DNA from: Clostridia bacterium
Lineage (GTDB): Bacteria > Bacillota > Clostridia > Christensenellales > Borkfalkiaceae
Reading direction: 5' to 3'
NCBI GenBank assembly: GCA_017468085.1
Contig: JAFUJR010000029.1
Span: forward strand, 3,371 to 67,370
DNA: 64,000 bases
In this document: positions 20,380-29,846 of the stretch, one piece after another
Position numbering within the stretch: the stretch's first letter is position 1
Layout: each line of letters opens with the position of its first letter
Notes under the pieces: generated by a model
What the model was told of the DNA's origin: nothing
What the model saw: only the letters and a program-made list of their open reading frames with translations
The model's database searches: none
Translations under genes and position numbers: made by a program

Positions 20380-21351
20380 TTATTTTGTCGTAATGCCTAT
20401 TTGAAAACTTGTATTTAGCATCGTTCTCGTAGGTACGTCCCTACCCTCGATTTTATCAATCAATAGCCGCACGACCTCCCGTGCCATCGCCTCGATAGGC
20501 TGTTCTACCGAAGTGTAATACCGATTGTCGCTCCATTGTTTAAACGAGCCGTCGTACGCCACGATTTGCAAATCGTCGGGGATTCGAATCCCCTTTTGCA
20601 AAGCGGCTTCAAACAGTACCTGTGCCATGGTGTTACCTGACGCAAATACGCCGTCAACGTCCGGGTACGTCTGCAAAAAATTCTCTACAACGTTGATTTC
20701 GTCGCCGTGGAAAATGACGTCGTTTTTGACGCGCGGCGACATACCGTGTTCTTTCATAACGTCCAAATACGCCTCTTCGCGCTTTAAGACTTCAGAATCT
20801 ACAAGCGGCTTCGAACCTACATATCCGATCCGTTTACATCCTTTTTGGATAAGAAATTCCAAAGCCTTTCGCGTCGCTTCGTAATTATCCGACGTTACGT
20901 AGGGAATATTCAAACTCAACGGTCTGTCAATAGAAACCAAAGGGCAATCTTTTAAATCCTCTTCCGAATGCTCGAAGTGCGTAACAAAAATTGCCCCGTC
21001 CACCTCTCTGCTGCGGATACGTTGTAAAATATTCGTTTCCTTTTCAATGCGCCGCTGAGAAGACACCAATAAAACGGAATACCCAAACTTATCCGCCTCG
21101 TCTTCTACAAAATACGCCAAATTCGCAAAAAACGGATGATTGACGAGGGGAACGAGCAACGCAATAATACCGCTCTCGTCTTTGCGCAAACGAGACGCCA
21201 TTTGATTGGGAACGAATTTCAGTTCGCGAATCGCTCCCAACACCCGTTTTTTCGTTTCCTCGTTGACGGACTGACCGCCGTTCAACACGCGGGAAACCGT
21301 CCCGACGCCTACCCCTGCTTTTTTTGCCACGTCCTTAATCGTCGTTGCCAT
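20380..21351 (-). CDS. LacI family transcriptional regulator
   Basis: N-terminal HTH MATTIKDVAKKAGVGVGTVSRVLNG plus a periplasmic-binding-protein-like effector domain. The start overlaps the upstream GH32 gene by 17 nt. Confidence 0.9.
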   Translation of the reverse strand: MATTIKDVAKKAGVGVGTVSRVLNGGQSVNEETKKRVLGAIRELKFVPNQMASRLRKDESGIIALLVPLVNHPFFANLAYFVEDEADKFGYSVLLVSSQRRIEKETNILQRIRSREVDGAIFVTHFEHSEEDLKDCPLVSIDRPLSLNIPYVTSDNYEATRKALEFLIQKGCKRIGYVGSKPLVDSEVLKREEAYLDVMKEHGMSPRVKNDVIFHGDEINVVENFLQTYPDVDGVFASGNTMAQVLFEAALQKGIRIPDDLQIVAYDGSFKQWSDNRYYTSVEQPIEAMAREVVRLLIDKIEGRDVPTRTMLNTSFQIGITTK

Positions 21352-24300
21352 CTTTCTTTCTCCGAAGCGCCAGTGCCAGTGCCATACCCAACGGAAGCGC
21401 AGCGCATACGCCCAGCGAGGACGCGCACCCGCCCGAATCTTTTTGGCTCGGCTTATATTCGCGTAGAGGCTCTACCGTAACCGTCGCCGTCAACGTTTCC
21501 GTCAACGCCACGGTGTTTTCGCCGAGCGTGAACGCCGATTGGTCAATCGTCAAAACGCCGTTTTTAATCGTATACAAATCCTTGCTTAAAAGCTCTCCGC
21601 GGACGAATACGCTCGTTATCTCTTCGTTGCCGATAAAGAATACGGCGTTCGCGCCCTCTTGCAACGTCAAATCTTGCAGCGTAATCTTCGGCAACGCCGT
21701 TACGTTTACCTGCACGGTGTAGCTGAGCGACTTGCCCACCACCAACAGCTCGTAAACGCCGATTTCCGCGAGGGTAGCAAAATACGATTCGGAAATACAA
21801 ATCTCCCTACCCTTTACGGTGTAAAATTCTCTGCTGATTGCAGCCTTGCCCAACGTATTGTTGTAAATTGCAACGACGCCCTGTTCAACTGCGCTCTTAA
21901 TTACCAAGTCGCCCAAGTTGTAGACGTAACCGTCGTCTTGCAAGCCAACCGCCGAGAATACCGCGCGCGTTGCGCAAACGTTCAACCCGACGACACCGCT
22001 TAACGGCGCATTTTCACGCGTGTCCGTTACGTCTACCAACGTCCTGCCGTTTAAAGCTACCGTAATACGGTTGCCCTTTGCGGTTACGCTGAGCGTGATA
22101 TTTTTTACGTCAACGTCCCCTGCGTAAACGTTTGCAAGTTCGCCATACGGCGTCCAAAGCTTGACGATTTTCCCGTTTTTATCATAGTTCGCGATATAAT
22201 AATCGCGCATTTCCGCGTCCGCGCGGAAAATTAAAGCCGCCGCCGCGCCGTCGCCCAAATCGAACTTCGCGGTGTACGTAAAGTCCGTACAGGCCGTTTG
22301 CGAAAGGATAAATCCGTCGCCGGAAGGTTGATTGCCGACGATGCCGTTTGCCGTCATCAGCCAATCGCCCGAAATAATGCCGTCGCTATTAAATACAACG
22401 TCGGAATCCATCTCCCCGTCGTAAACGGTTACCGAAACGGTTTTTTGCGCGTTTCCGCAAGATACGATCACGGTTGCGCTGCCCGCTTTCAAAGCCTTGA
22501 TGACCGCGCCGTGCGTCGTAGGCGTTACGGTAACCACGTCTTCGCCCGTTTCAATTTCCCAATTTACTTCGCCGCCCGACGTCGCGTATACGGTGATTTC
22601 TTTTTCGCTGGTTAAATTTTTAGAGAGTTCTAAACTTTCTTGGGAAAGATAGAGCATCGTTTCGTCGGTTTGCACGTTTTCATCGTGCCAAACGGACGCG
22701 ATTTTGTTGACGCTGAGTTCCTCCACGGTAACTTCACCCGTGGTGTGGAAGGACGCACCGAAAGAGTAGGGTGCGGCAAACGTCAATACGTAAAAGGGAA
22801 CCGTACCGCCATCACAGAACACTTCTACACTGCCGTTATCCGCCAAAATATAGAACTGTAAATCCGTACCTGCCCCTGCGCCTGAGGTATAACGAACGTG
22901 ATAATTGGGCATTGACAAGCCACCGTCGTAGGCGTGCGTTCTGTCCACGTAATAACCGTCCGTTTTCGTCCAGCCGATTTCGGTGTATTCGTTCCCCGAG
23001 CTCTGCACGCGGAAAAATACGTTTTCTTCGTTCGGGTTCTCGATTTTTGCCGAAATTTCAATCGTTCTTGACGCTACGTTCTGCAAAATATTTCCGCTGT
23101 TTGCGTCCACTTTCATTCCCGTAACGTCTACGATTCCCGTCTTTTCAAAAGCGGCGCTGTCTTTTACAATCGGGTTTTGCGACAGCAAATATCCGTCGCC
23201 GTTTTTTACCAGTCCCCACTCCACGGGGATCGTAACGCCGCCGCCGTTCCACGTCTTACGAATCGCCGACAATGCGCCGCTTTCAATGGACGCAGCGCCG
23301 CCGGGAACGCCGCTAAACCAGCTTACGCTGACCGTTTTTCCGTAATATTCGCTATTCGAATCGTCAATATAGAAGGTTTGCGTTGCGTAGGAGTCGGGTC
23401 CGAAATCCATTTTTTGATAGGGAATTTCTTCCGCTGACATCGTGGATATATCGTTGCCATTCAAATCGAAGAATTTAATTTCTCCGCTTGCCTCGTCGTA
23501 TGCGACGTTGCCAACCAAATAATTTCTGCCCGTCAAGGTAAGGACGGCGTGTGAAGCGCCGTCGTCCGCCGTAAGAAATACGACGTCGGGGCATTCTGAA
23601 CGGAAATCCCTGTTTACGTCAACCGTGAAGCCTTTGAATCCGCCTGCCGCAGACCAATCGATTAAATTGGTGGATTTTAAGAACCAGATATCGCCTGTTG
23701 CCATACCCGTCAACGCCATCCCCCACAAGGTTACCTTTCCGTTACCGTCTTTTTCTACGGGGAATACTTTGGGGTCGCGGCAGTCGGTCTTGCCTGCGCT
23801 ATACACGAGGGTTTGCGGAATACGTACGCGTTTCGTCCACGTTAACCCTTCGTCGTCGCTCGACATTAAAACCTGGTCTTGCAATCCGCCGTCGCGGGTA
23901 TAAAAAGCGATCAAGCCTTCGCCGTTTCCGTTAGGGAACCAATTTAACGCGTCGATGGCTTCGCTCATACCCGAGCGATAGACCATCGCCGAGCCTGACC
24001 ACATATATCCGTTGCCGGGCCCCCACTCGCCTTCCGTATCGGGGAATAGACAAATGGGCAACAATTCCCAATGCGCCAAATCTTTACTGCGCGCATGTCC
24101 CCAATACATATCGCTCCAATAATTGCTGAACGGATGATGTTGATAATATAAGTGATAATATCCGTTATAATATACCAATCCGTTGGGATCGTTGTTCCAA
24201 TGCGCGTACTGCGAATAATGGTACTGCTGACGGTACACCTCGGTATAGTACGTATAATCGCTTTCTGCAAAATGCGTTTCTTCAAAACGCACTTTTGCAT

Positions 24301-24910
24301 TAAAGCAGTTGTAACCGATTGAACCGCCAGCGTATTGCACGCCCTCGGGAAGTTTTTCTAATTCATTTAATTTGTACTCGTTATCCACGCCAAAACGACG
24401 GATATTATCCGCGTAAAATTCGCCGTATACAACGTCGTTTTCTACGGAAATAACCACTTTGAGCTGGACTTTATCTATCGTCGCGACTTTGGGGTTTACC
24501 AAACTCTTTTCCCCCTCCGTCATCTTATCGTTGCCGATATACCAATCCTTCAACAGCTCTACCGCCGTCAGCGATTCACCTTCGTTTTTATAGAAATACA
24601 GCAACTTTACGCTGTTTTCGTTACGGTCAATATTAAACGCCCAATATTCGCTGCGCGTTTCCGTTTCGCTTGCGCCAAAGACAAGCGCCGCCGCCTGACC
24701 GCTTTCAAAATGCGCCGTAGCGGTGTAAACAAAGCTTTCGCCCATCGCGTAGGATTGCTCGGATAAAAGGAAGGCGTCTCCGCTATCCTCCAACGTAACG
24801 GTAGGCAAAGCCGTCGCCCCCGCTACCTCCGTTTCCAACGCATACGCGCCACCGATAAAACAAAGCCCTGCCAACGCCGCCGCTATGGTTATCCCTACTT
24901 TTTTCTTCAT
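21335..24910 (-). CDS. Multidomain cell-surface GH32 fructanase (N-terminal beta-sandwich, GH32 catalytic, Big_2-like Ig, LamG/DUF1080-like, C-terminal anchor)
   Basis: 1191 aa with signal peptide MKKKVGITIAAALAGLCFIGGAYA. GH32 motifs WNNDPNGLVYYNGYYHLYYQHHP, CRDPKVF and ECPD. Ig-like stretch VTVTPTTHGAVIKALKAGSATVIVSCGNAQKTVSVTV. C-terminal GGC, hydrophobic helix, then RRKK. Confidence 0.85.
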   Translation of the reverse strand: MKKKVGITIAAALAGLCFIGGAYALETEVAGATALPTVTLEDSGDAFLLSEQSYAMGESFVYTATAHFESGQAAALVFGASETETRSEYWAFNIDRNENSVKLLYFYKNEGESLTAVELLKDWYIGNDKMTEGEKSLVNPKVATIDKVQLKVVISVENDVVYGEFYADNIRRFGVDNEYKLNELEKLPEGVQYAGGSIGYNCFNAKVRFEETHFAESDYTYYTEVYRQQYHYSQYAHWNNDPNGLVYYNGYYHLYYQHHPFSNYWSDMYWGHARSKDLAHWELLPICLFPDTEGEWGPGNGYMWSGSAMVYRSGMSEAIDALNWFPNGNGEGLIAFYTRDGGLQDQVLMSSDDEGLTWTKRVRIPQTLVYSAGKTDCRDPKVFPVEKDGNGKVTLWGMALTGMATGDIWFLKSTNLIDWSAAGGFKGFTVDVNRDFRSECPDVVFLTADDGASHAVLTLTGRNYLVGNVAYDEASGEIKFFDLNGNDISTMSAEEIPYQKMDFGPDSYATQTFYIDDSNSEYYGKTVSVSWFSGVPGGAASIESGALSAIRKTWNGGGVTIPVEWGLVKNGDGYLLSQNPIVKDSAAFEKTGIVDVTGMKVDANSGNILQNVASRTIEISAKIENPNEENVFFRVQSSGNEYTEIGWTKTDGYYVDRTHAYDGGLSMPNYHVRYTSGAGAGTDLQFYILADNGSVEVFCDGGTVPFYVLTFAAPYSFGASFHTTGEVTVEELSVNKIASVWHDENVQTDETMLYLSQESLELSKNLTSEKEITVYATSGGEVNWEIETGEDVVTVTPTTHGAVIKALKAGSATVIVSCGNAQKTVSVTVYDGEMDSDVVFNSDGIISGDWLMTANGIVGNQPSGDGFILSQTACTDFTYTAKFDLGDGAAAALIFRADAEMRDYYIANYDKNGKIVKLWTPYGELANVYAGDVDVKNITLSVTAKGNRITVALNGRTLVDVTDTRENAPLSGVVGLNVCATRAVFSAVGLQDDGYVYNLGDLVIKSAVEQGVVAIYNNTLGKAAISREFYTVKGREICISESYFATLAEIGVYELLVVGKSLSYTVQVNVTALPKITLQDLTLQEGANAVFFIGNEEITSVFVRGELLSKDLYTIKNGVLTIDQSAFTLGENTVALTETLTATVTVEPLREYKPSQKDSGGCASSLGVCAALPLGMALALALRRKKDGNDD

Positions 24911-24925
24911 CTTTTCTCCTTATTA

Positions 24926-24939
24926 TGGAATCGTTCCCA
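24926..24939. promoter_or_regulatory. LacI-family operator / cre-like palindrome upstream of the large GH32 gene
   Basis: TGGAATCGTTCCCA matches the TGNAANCGNTTNCA consensus at 13 of 14 positions. It lies immediately upstream of the AAGGAGAAAAG ribosome-binding site of the 24910 start. Confidence 0.5.
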
Positions 24940-24990
24940 AAATTTGCCCAAGAAAAAGGCATTTCCGCCTTTCTTGTCAATCATTTTTCA

Positions 24991-25887
24991 TTAATTTGAT
25001 AAATATGATTTTACCGTTGCCAAATCAGGCAAACAATCGATTGCCCCGCGGCCCAACGTATTCAATGCGCCGCAAACGTTACCGAATTCAAAAGCGCGAT
25101 TGAACGCTTCTTCCGACCAAGATTTTCCGTCGAGCTGCGATAAAACCCCCGCGTAAAACGCGTCGCCTGCGCCCGTGGTATCCACGGGTTTAACGGGTAT
25201 AGAAGGCACTTGCGCCCGCTTGCCGCCGTAGCGCCACTCGCTCCCCTTTGCTCCTAAGGAAACGCAAACTAATTTATCCGTGAGGCTTTCCACGTATGCG
25301 CCCGTGAAAATATCCGTTTCTTCCTCGGAAAATTTCACGACGTCCGCACGTTCGATAAGTTGCTTATACACTGCTACCGCCGCTTGCGTATCTCTAAAAA
25401 TATCGTCGCGGAAATTTACGTCAAAACTGACGAGCTTGCCTGCTTTTTTCGCTCGTTCCGCCAAACGCAACGCATATTCCTCGCCTTGCTTTTCGCTTAA
25501 CATCAGAGAGCCGATATGCACGATATTCGCCTGATTAAAAATCTCGTCGGGGACTTCGGGCAAACGGTAATCCGCCGTATTTTTACGGTAAAAACAGAAA
25601 GCTCTCTCCCCCGTTTTATCCAATTCCACAAACGCAAGCGTCGTGTTCACCTCGGCGTCCTTTTTGACGTAGGAATAGGTCAAGCCCTGTTCGCCCACAA
25701 ACCGCTCTAAAAATTTGCCGATAATATCGTCGCCGACGCACCCGACGAATGCCGTTTCCGCGCCGAATTTGGCGGCAGCGCACGCCACGTTAAAGGGTGC
25801 GCCGCCTGCTTTTCGTTCGTAATAAAAGGTGTTATCCTTTTCCGCGCCGATCATATCGACGAGGATTTCGCCCACGCAAAGTATCAT
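24991..25887 (-). CDS. Fructokinase (PfkB/ribokinase family carbohydrate kinase)
   Basis: 298 aa. MILCVGEILVDMIG...GGAPFNVA...DTTGAGDAF motifs of PfkB-type fructokinases. Embedded in the GH32 locus. Confidence 0.85.
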   Translation of the reverse strand: MILCVGEILVDMIGAEKDNTFYYERKAGGAPFNVACAAAKFGAETAFVGCVGDDIIGKFLERFVGEQGLTYSYVKKDAEVNTTLAFVELDKTGERAFCFYRKNTADYRLPEVPDEIFNQANIVHIGSLMLSEKQGEEYALRLAERAKKAGKLVSFDVNFRDDIFRDTQAAVAVYKQLIERADVVKFSEEETDIFTGAYVESLTDKLVCVSLGAKGSEWRYGGKRAQVPSIPVKPVDTTGAGDAFYAGVLSQLDGKSWSEEAFNRAFEFGNVCGALNTLGRGAIDCLPDLATVKSYLSN

Positions 25888-25899
25888 ACCTTTACTCCG

Positions 25900-28377
25900 T
25901 TATTTTTGATATACGTTAATGCTATCCAAGCCCAACAGCCCCCAATTCGACGTTGCGTTATCTACGATTTCGACGTAGCATACCATTTCCGACGCGTTGC
26001 CGATTTCTTTATCGTATGCGTTCAAAGTTGCGTCTCTAAAATCGGGGTTGGAATACCAAACCACTACTTCGCCCGTTGCCGCATTCACAATGCGCAAGCA
26101 TACGTCTTGACGGTCTGCGCCGCTACCGCCCATCTTGAAGGAAATCGAGCTGTTTGCCTTCAATACGAAGGTGTTACTGCGAAGCGTACCCATCAAACCT
26201 TCCAAGTTGCCGTTGTCGGGATTGAGTTCTACGCCCGTGAACGAGAAGTTACCGTCTTTTCCAATGACTCTGCTCGCGTCGTTCCAGAAATAGTCGATGT
26301 CCGTTACTCTGCCGGGTACGTCGCCGCTAACAAGCGTCCAACCGAGCAAGTTACCCGTTTCAAAGCCGCCGTTCATAACGTTGTAAATGCTTTCTACCTT
26401 ATTCACGGCTACGTTATATTCTTCGGGTACGGTTGTCGCGTCTGCATAGTAAGTTACGAATTCGTCGCAGAAAATCAAACCGTAATCGCCAGTCGCTTTG
26501 TCTACGAAGTTAATATATACTAATTTTCCGATATATGCAGACAAATCAGCCTTATAGTTAATCAAAGTACAGTCTGCCATAAATTCATTATAGAAATGTC
26601 CGTATTTTACGCCCGTAATTGCGTCGATAACTTCCATGTATACTTGGTCTGGATTCTTAACACCGCCAATACGATAAGTTATATAACCGCTACCGCCAAC
26701 TTCAAACACGTTGGAACGCAAAGTACCCATCGAACCTTCGCTTTGGTCGGGTGCATAGCAGGAGAAGAATTTACCTACGTTATCGTAAGGCTTTGCCTCT
26801 GCCCAATAGGTCGTATCTTCGCTGATATCACCGATATTAGAATCTTTCGTCCATCCGTACATTCCGTGGTCGAAATTGCCGTTGAATAAATCGTAAATCG
26901 TTTCTTCGTGAAGTCCTACGGTTGCAAGCGTATAAGTATCGTTTGGCTCTGCCAAATGTAAAGTGTCAACACTATCTAAAAAGAATAAGCCGAAATCACT
27001 GCTTGCATAGTCGCTTATACGTAAATATACCTCTTTACCGACACAGTCGGTTAAGTCTGCTTTATACGCGTTTAACTCACAGCCAAGTCTTACTCCGTCT
27101 ACGAGTTCGTATCTATGATTTTGGTTATGATAACGCTTTAAAATTTTTCCACTTGACGATTCAACGATATCTAAGTGAACGTACTCGAGGTTTTTTGCGC
27201 CGCCGAGTTTATAAGTAATCCAACCGCTTTCAGAAACGGTGAACGTGGAAGACTTCAATACGCCCTTATTTCCTTCCAAACCCTCGGTTGCATACGCGCT
27301 GAACATATAGGTTCCGTCCAAGCCGAAGGGGAAACCGTCTGCGTTTGCCTCGTCGCCTATCCAATAATTCTTTTCGCTTGAAACTGCGCCGATATTGCCC
27401 GTAGGCGTCCAACCGTCTATGCCGTCTTCAAAGCCGCCGTTCGTTACTTGATAAGGCGTACCCTCGTTTTCCGCATATACGTGCTTCAAGGTCAATTTCC
27501 CGTTTGCATACACCTTGCCCGACGTTTCCGCAGAAACGTTGGTATAGCCTTGGTATTCTCTAATGGGTGCGTTTTCCAAGTCCGCATTTACGGTTGCTTC
27601 CTCGTATTCATTCTTTACCCATTCGTCACCGACGTAGATTGCGATTGTGTAGGTCGTCTTTTCTTCGGCTACCTTATCCACGTAATGTTGTTTTACCCAT
27701 TCAGCCGCGTCGTCTCCTGCTTCAATGGCAAGCTGCGAAACGTAGACGATAGAACGAGCATTGTTCTCTACGGTAGTATCAAAATAGTCCGCAAATTTAT
27801 AGCTTACGCCTTCCGTCGTTTCGTACTTTACGTAACCTCTACCGATAAATTCCTTCGTCAAATTTTCTTCTTTGATTTTTACCAACGAGCCTTTTATTTC
27901 GTGGCAGTCCGTATAGCCCTCTTTCGTGGATGCAATTAAGGTATCGTAGGTAATATTGACAATTTTCGTATACGTAGCGCCTTCTTCGACTGTCTCGCCG
28001 TCCCACGTATATTTCTTTTCGCCGCCGATACCGAAAACGGTTGCCGCGTTGAATTCGCGTTCGTTGTTTTCGCCATAATATTCGTAAGGCGCAATCAACA
28101 TACCATAAGAAACTTTAACGGTTTCCGATTCCATCGCTTCCAACGCTTCGTATTCGCTCGATTTAATTGCCGCCGAAAAACGAATACCGCTATCCGCGTC
28201 CGTGGTCGCATTAGAATAGTAACGAACGCTCGCGCCCTTAATCATTTGGATATTTGCAGTATCGAACGCCGTTTCCGCCGACGCCTTGTGCATACCAAGC
28301 GCACCTGCAGAAATTGCAACGCCGCCAATAAGAGAAAGAGCAATAATTCCTAAATTTCTTTTCAAATTCTTATTCAT
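25900..28377 (-). CDS. Secreted protein: ~280-aa N-terminal domain of unknown function plus three copies of the same beta-sandwich/CBM-like module as 12076-14574
   Basis: The track ORF starts at 28452. ATG 28377 is preferred (AAGGAGA upstream), giving MNKNLKRNLGIIALSLIGGVAISAGALGMHKASA (signal peptide). Modules start at track residues 338, 524 and 694 (NGGFEDG, NGNFDHG, NGGFETG). Each has GTLRSNxFEVGGSGYITYRIGG-type cores. Confidence 0.7.
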   Translation of the reverse strand: MNKNLKRNLGIIALSLIGGVAISAGALGMHKASAETAFDTANIQMIKGASVRYYSNATTDADSGIRFSAAIKSSEYEALEAMESETVKVSYGMLIAPYEYYGENNEREFNAATVFGIGGEKKYTWDGETVEEGATYTKIVNITYDTLIASTKEGYTDCHEIKGSLVKIKEENLTKEFIGRGYVKYETTEGVSYKFADYFDTTVENNARSIVYVSQLAIEAGDDAAEWVKQHYVDKVAEEKTTYTIAIYVGDEWVKNEYEEATVNADLENAPIREYQGYTNVSAETSGKVYANGKLTLKHVYAENEGTPYQVTNGGFEDGIDGWTPTGNIGAVSSEKNYWIGDEANADGFPFGLDGTYMFSAYATEGLEGNKGVLKSSTFTVSESGWITYKLGGAKNLEYVHLDIVESSSGKILKRYHNQNHRYELVDGVRLGCELNAYKADLTDCVGKEVYLRISDYASSDFGLFFLDSVDTLHLAEPNDTYTLATVGLHEETIYDLFNGNFDHGMYGWTKDSNIGDISEDTTYWAEAKPYDNVGKFFSCYAPDQSEGSMGTLRSNVFEVGGSGYITYRIGGVKNPDQVYMEVIDAITGVKYGHFYNEFMADCTLINYKADLSAYIGKLVYINFVDKATGDYGLIFCDEFVTYYADATTVPEEYNVAVNKVESIYNVMNGGFETGNLLGWTLVSGDVPGRVTDIDYFWNDASRVIGKDGNFSFTGVELNPDNGNLEGLMGTLRSNTFVLKANSSISFKMGGSGADRQDVCLRIVNAATGEVVVWYSNPDFRDATLNAYDKEIGNASEMVCYVEIVDNATSNWGLLGLDSINVYQK

Positions 28378-28664
28378 AACATTCTCCTTATTATTCCCCA
28401 AAAAAGTCTTCAACGCCTTTATCGAAGGACTCTGACGTTTCGTTTCCGACAAAATTCGACGTTGTTAGAACGTCTTCATTATTAAATAATAGAATTAGCA
28501 ATTGCGGTGTTTGATAATCAATAGATTTCATAGATACCTCCACTTCCCCTACATTATATTTTTACGCCCCAAGAATGACCCAAAGACGTTTTTTTCGTTT
28601 AACTTCCGCCCTGTGCTTACGCTAAATTATAATTCAACAAATTCAATCTTATCTTTTTATCGAT

Positions 28665-28678
28665 TGGAATCGTTTCCA
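28665..28678. promoter_or_regulatory. LacI-family operator / cre-like palindrome in the leader of the fructan locus
   Basis: TGGAATCGTTTCCA matches TGNAANCGNTTNCA at all 14 positions, with arms TTGGAA/TTCCAA. It lies about 30-45 nt downstream of the candidate promoter at 28708-28736. Confidence 0.55.
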
Positions 28679-28707
28679 AATGAAAAAACAAAAACAATCG
28701 TATTTTT

Positions 28708-28736
28708 ATACTATCATGAAGTATTTATTTTGTCAA
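28708..28736 (-). promoter_or_regulatory. Candidate sigma-70-type promoter of the fructan locus
   Basis: The minus strand reads TTGACA, a 17-nt spacer, then TAGTAT. It is followed by a ~330-nt AT-rich leader before the start at 28377. Confidence 0.4.
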
Positions 28737-28873
28737 CACTTTTTTGCGATTTTTTTTAGTTTTTAGAAAAAAAATTTAATTTCCCCAAAAAAAGTTATTT
28801 ATGAGAAAAAATTATTTGAGGTTTCCTTTCCCCCTAAAAAACAAATTTTTTTATCGAATATGTATACAAAAGC

Positions 28874-28901
28874 ACAAAAAAAACACGCCGCGAAGGCGTG
28901 T
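28874..28901 (-). terminator. Rho-independent terminator after the methyltransferase gene
   Basis: Minus strand: ACACGCC ttcgc GGCGTGT followed by a run of eight T. Confidence 0.75.
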
Positions 28902-28943
28902 TTTAGGTGAAGTAAACGCAATCTAAATCAGCACCATTTGGCT

Positions 28944-29837
28944 TTAAGATTGCAATCTATTACAAACCGTTGCAAAATATTTAGGGTTGATTTCGATTCC
29001 AATATAATCTCGTTCCAATTCTTTTGCCGCTTGCAAACTGGAGCCACATCCACAAAAAGGATCCAACACCGTTTGTCCTTTTAATGTTGTCAATTCTATT
29101 AAATATTTCATCAATGCGACAGGTTTTTGAGCTGGATGCAAACCGCGATCTGTTTTTTCCGCTTTACACTTTATTACATTAGAACAAATCTCAATACCCT
29201 CATTTAATAGAGAATTATTTTTTATCGCCCATTCATTATAAGCACCTAATTCATGTTGTGCTATATTATCCGTCAACGTTTCCCCTATTGAATATGGCTT
29301 CATAAACCATAAAATAGGTTCAAATAATGGTCTTAAATTCCCCACCTTCCAACCTTTCCATTTGTCGGCGTTAGCGATATCTTTTCTTCTTTCAAACACA
29401 ACGGATACATTTTGAGCTCTATGGGCTGCTGTATCTTTTTGCCACGCTATCATATCTTTAAAAATAAATCCTGCATCTTCAAGCGCGCAAATACATCTAT
29501 GAGCATATCGACGTCCTGCAAATATAAAACAACTTGCGCCTGGTTTTAATACTCTTAACCATTCAGCTGCCCATTGAGTGCACCATTGATAATATTCGAT
29601 AGGGATTTTCTTATCGGCTTCCGACCAACCATTTAAAGGTTTCCCCCTAGACTTAAATAAAGTACTTTTTTCTTGCGCTGGACTTTTTCCTAATAATGCT
29701 GAATTTGTATTATTGTGTAAAACATCCCATTCGTCAAAAGATATTCCATAAGGAATATCGGATAAAATTAAATGTATGGATTCACTCGCAATGTGTTTAA
29801 TTTCTTGAATAGAATCCCCTAAAATTAAATTCCCCAT
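28944..29837 (-). CDS. DNA methyltransferase, beta-class (N6-adenine or N4-cytosine), type II RM partner
   Basis: 297 aa. The catalytic-type motif LILSDIPYG lies near the N-terminus and the AdoMet motif VLDPFCGCGSSLQAAKELERDYIGIE near the C-terminus. That motif order (IV before I) is typical of the beta class. Confidence 0.8.
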   Translation of the reverse strand: MGNLILGDSIQEIKHIASESIHLILSDIPYGISFDEWDVLHNNTNSALLGKSPAQEKSTLFKSRGKPLNGWSEADKKIPIEYYQWCTQWAAEWLRVLKPGASCFIFAGRRYAHRCICALEDAGFIFKDMIAWQKDTAAHRAQNVSVVFERRKDIANADKWKGWKVGNLRPLFEPILWFMKPYSIGETLTDNIAQHELGAYNEWAIKNNSLLNEGIEICSNVIKCKAEKTDRGLHPAQKPVALMKYLIELTTLKGQTVLDPFCGCGSSLQAAKELERDYIGIEINPKYFATVCNRLQS

Positions 29838-29846
29838 AGCAACACC

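Noticed and set aside
28378-28452. Upstream 25 codons of ORF 25900-28452
   Set aside because: There is no ribosome-binding site. The signal peptide begins at the internal ATG 28377, which follows AAGGAGA.
28502-28759. 85-aa plus-strand ORF
   Set aside because: It lies in the AT-rich leader and promoter region of the fructan locus and overlaps the operator and promoter. It has Phe/Asn/Leu-rich composition and no ribosome-binding site.
28453-28943. Direct repeat of the tRNA-Ala 3' end that would mark an att site of the RM islet
   Set aside because: I read the far boundary region for tggtggagc-like sequence and found none. The islet boundaries and its mobility therefore remain unproven.
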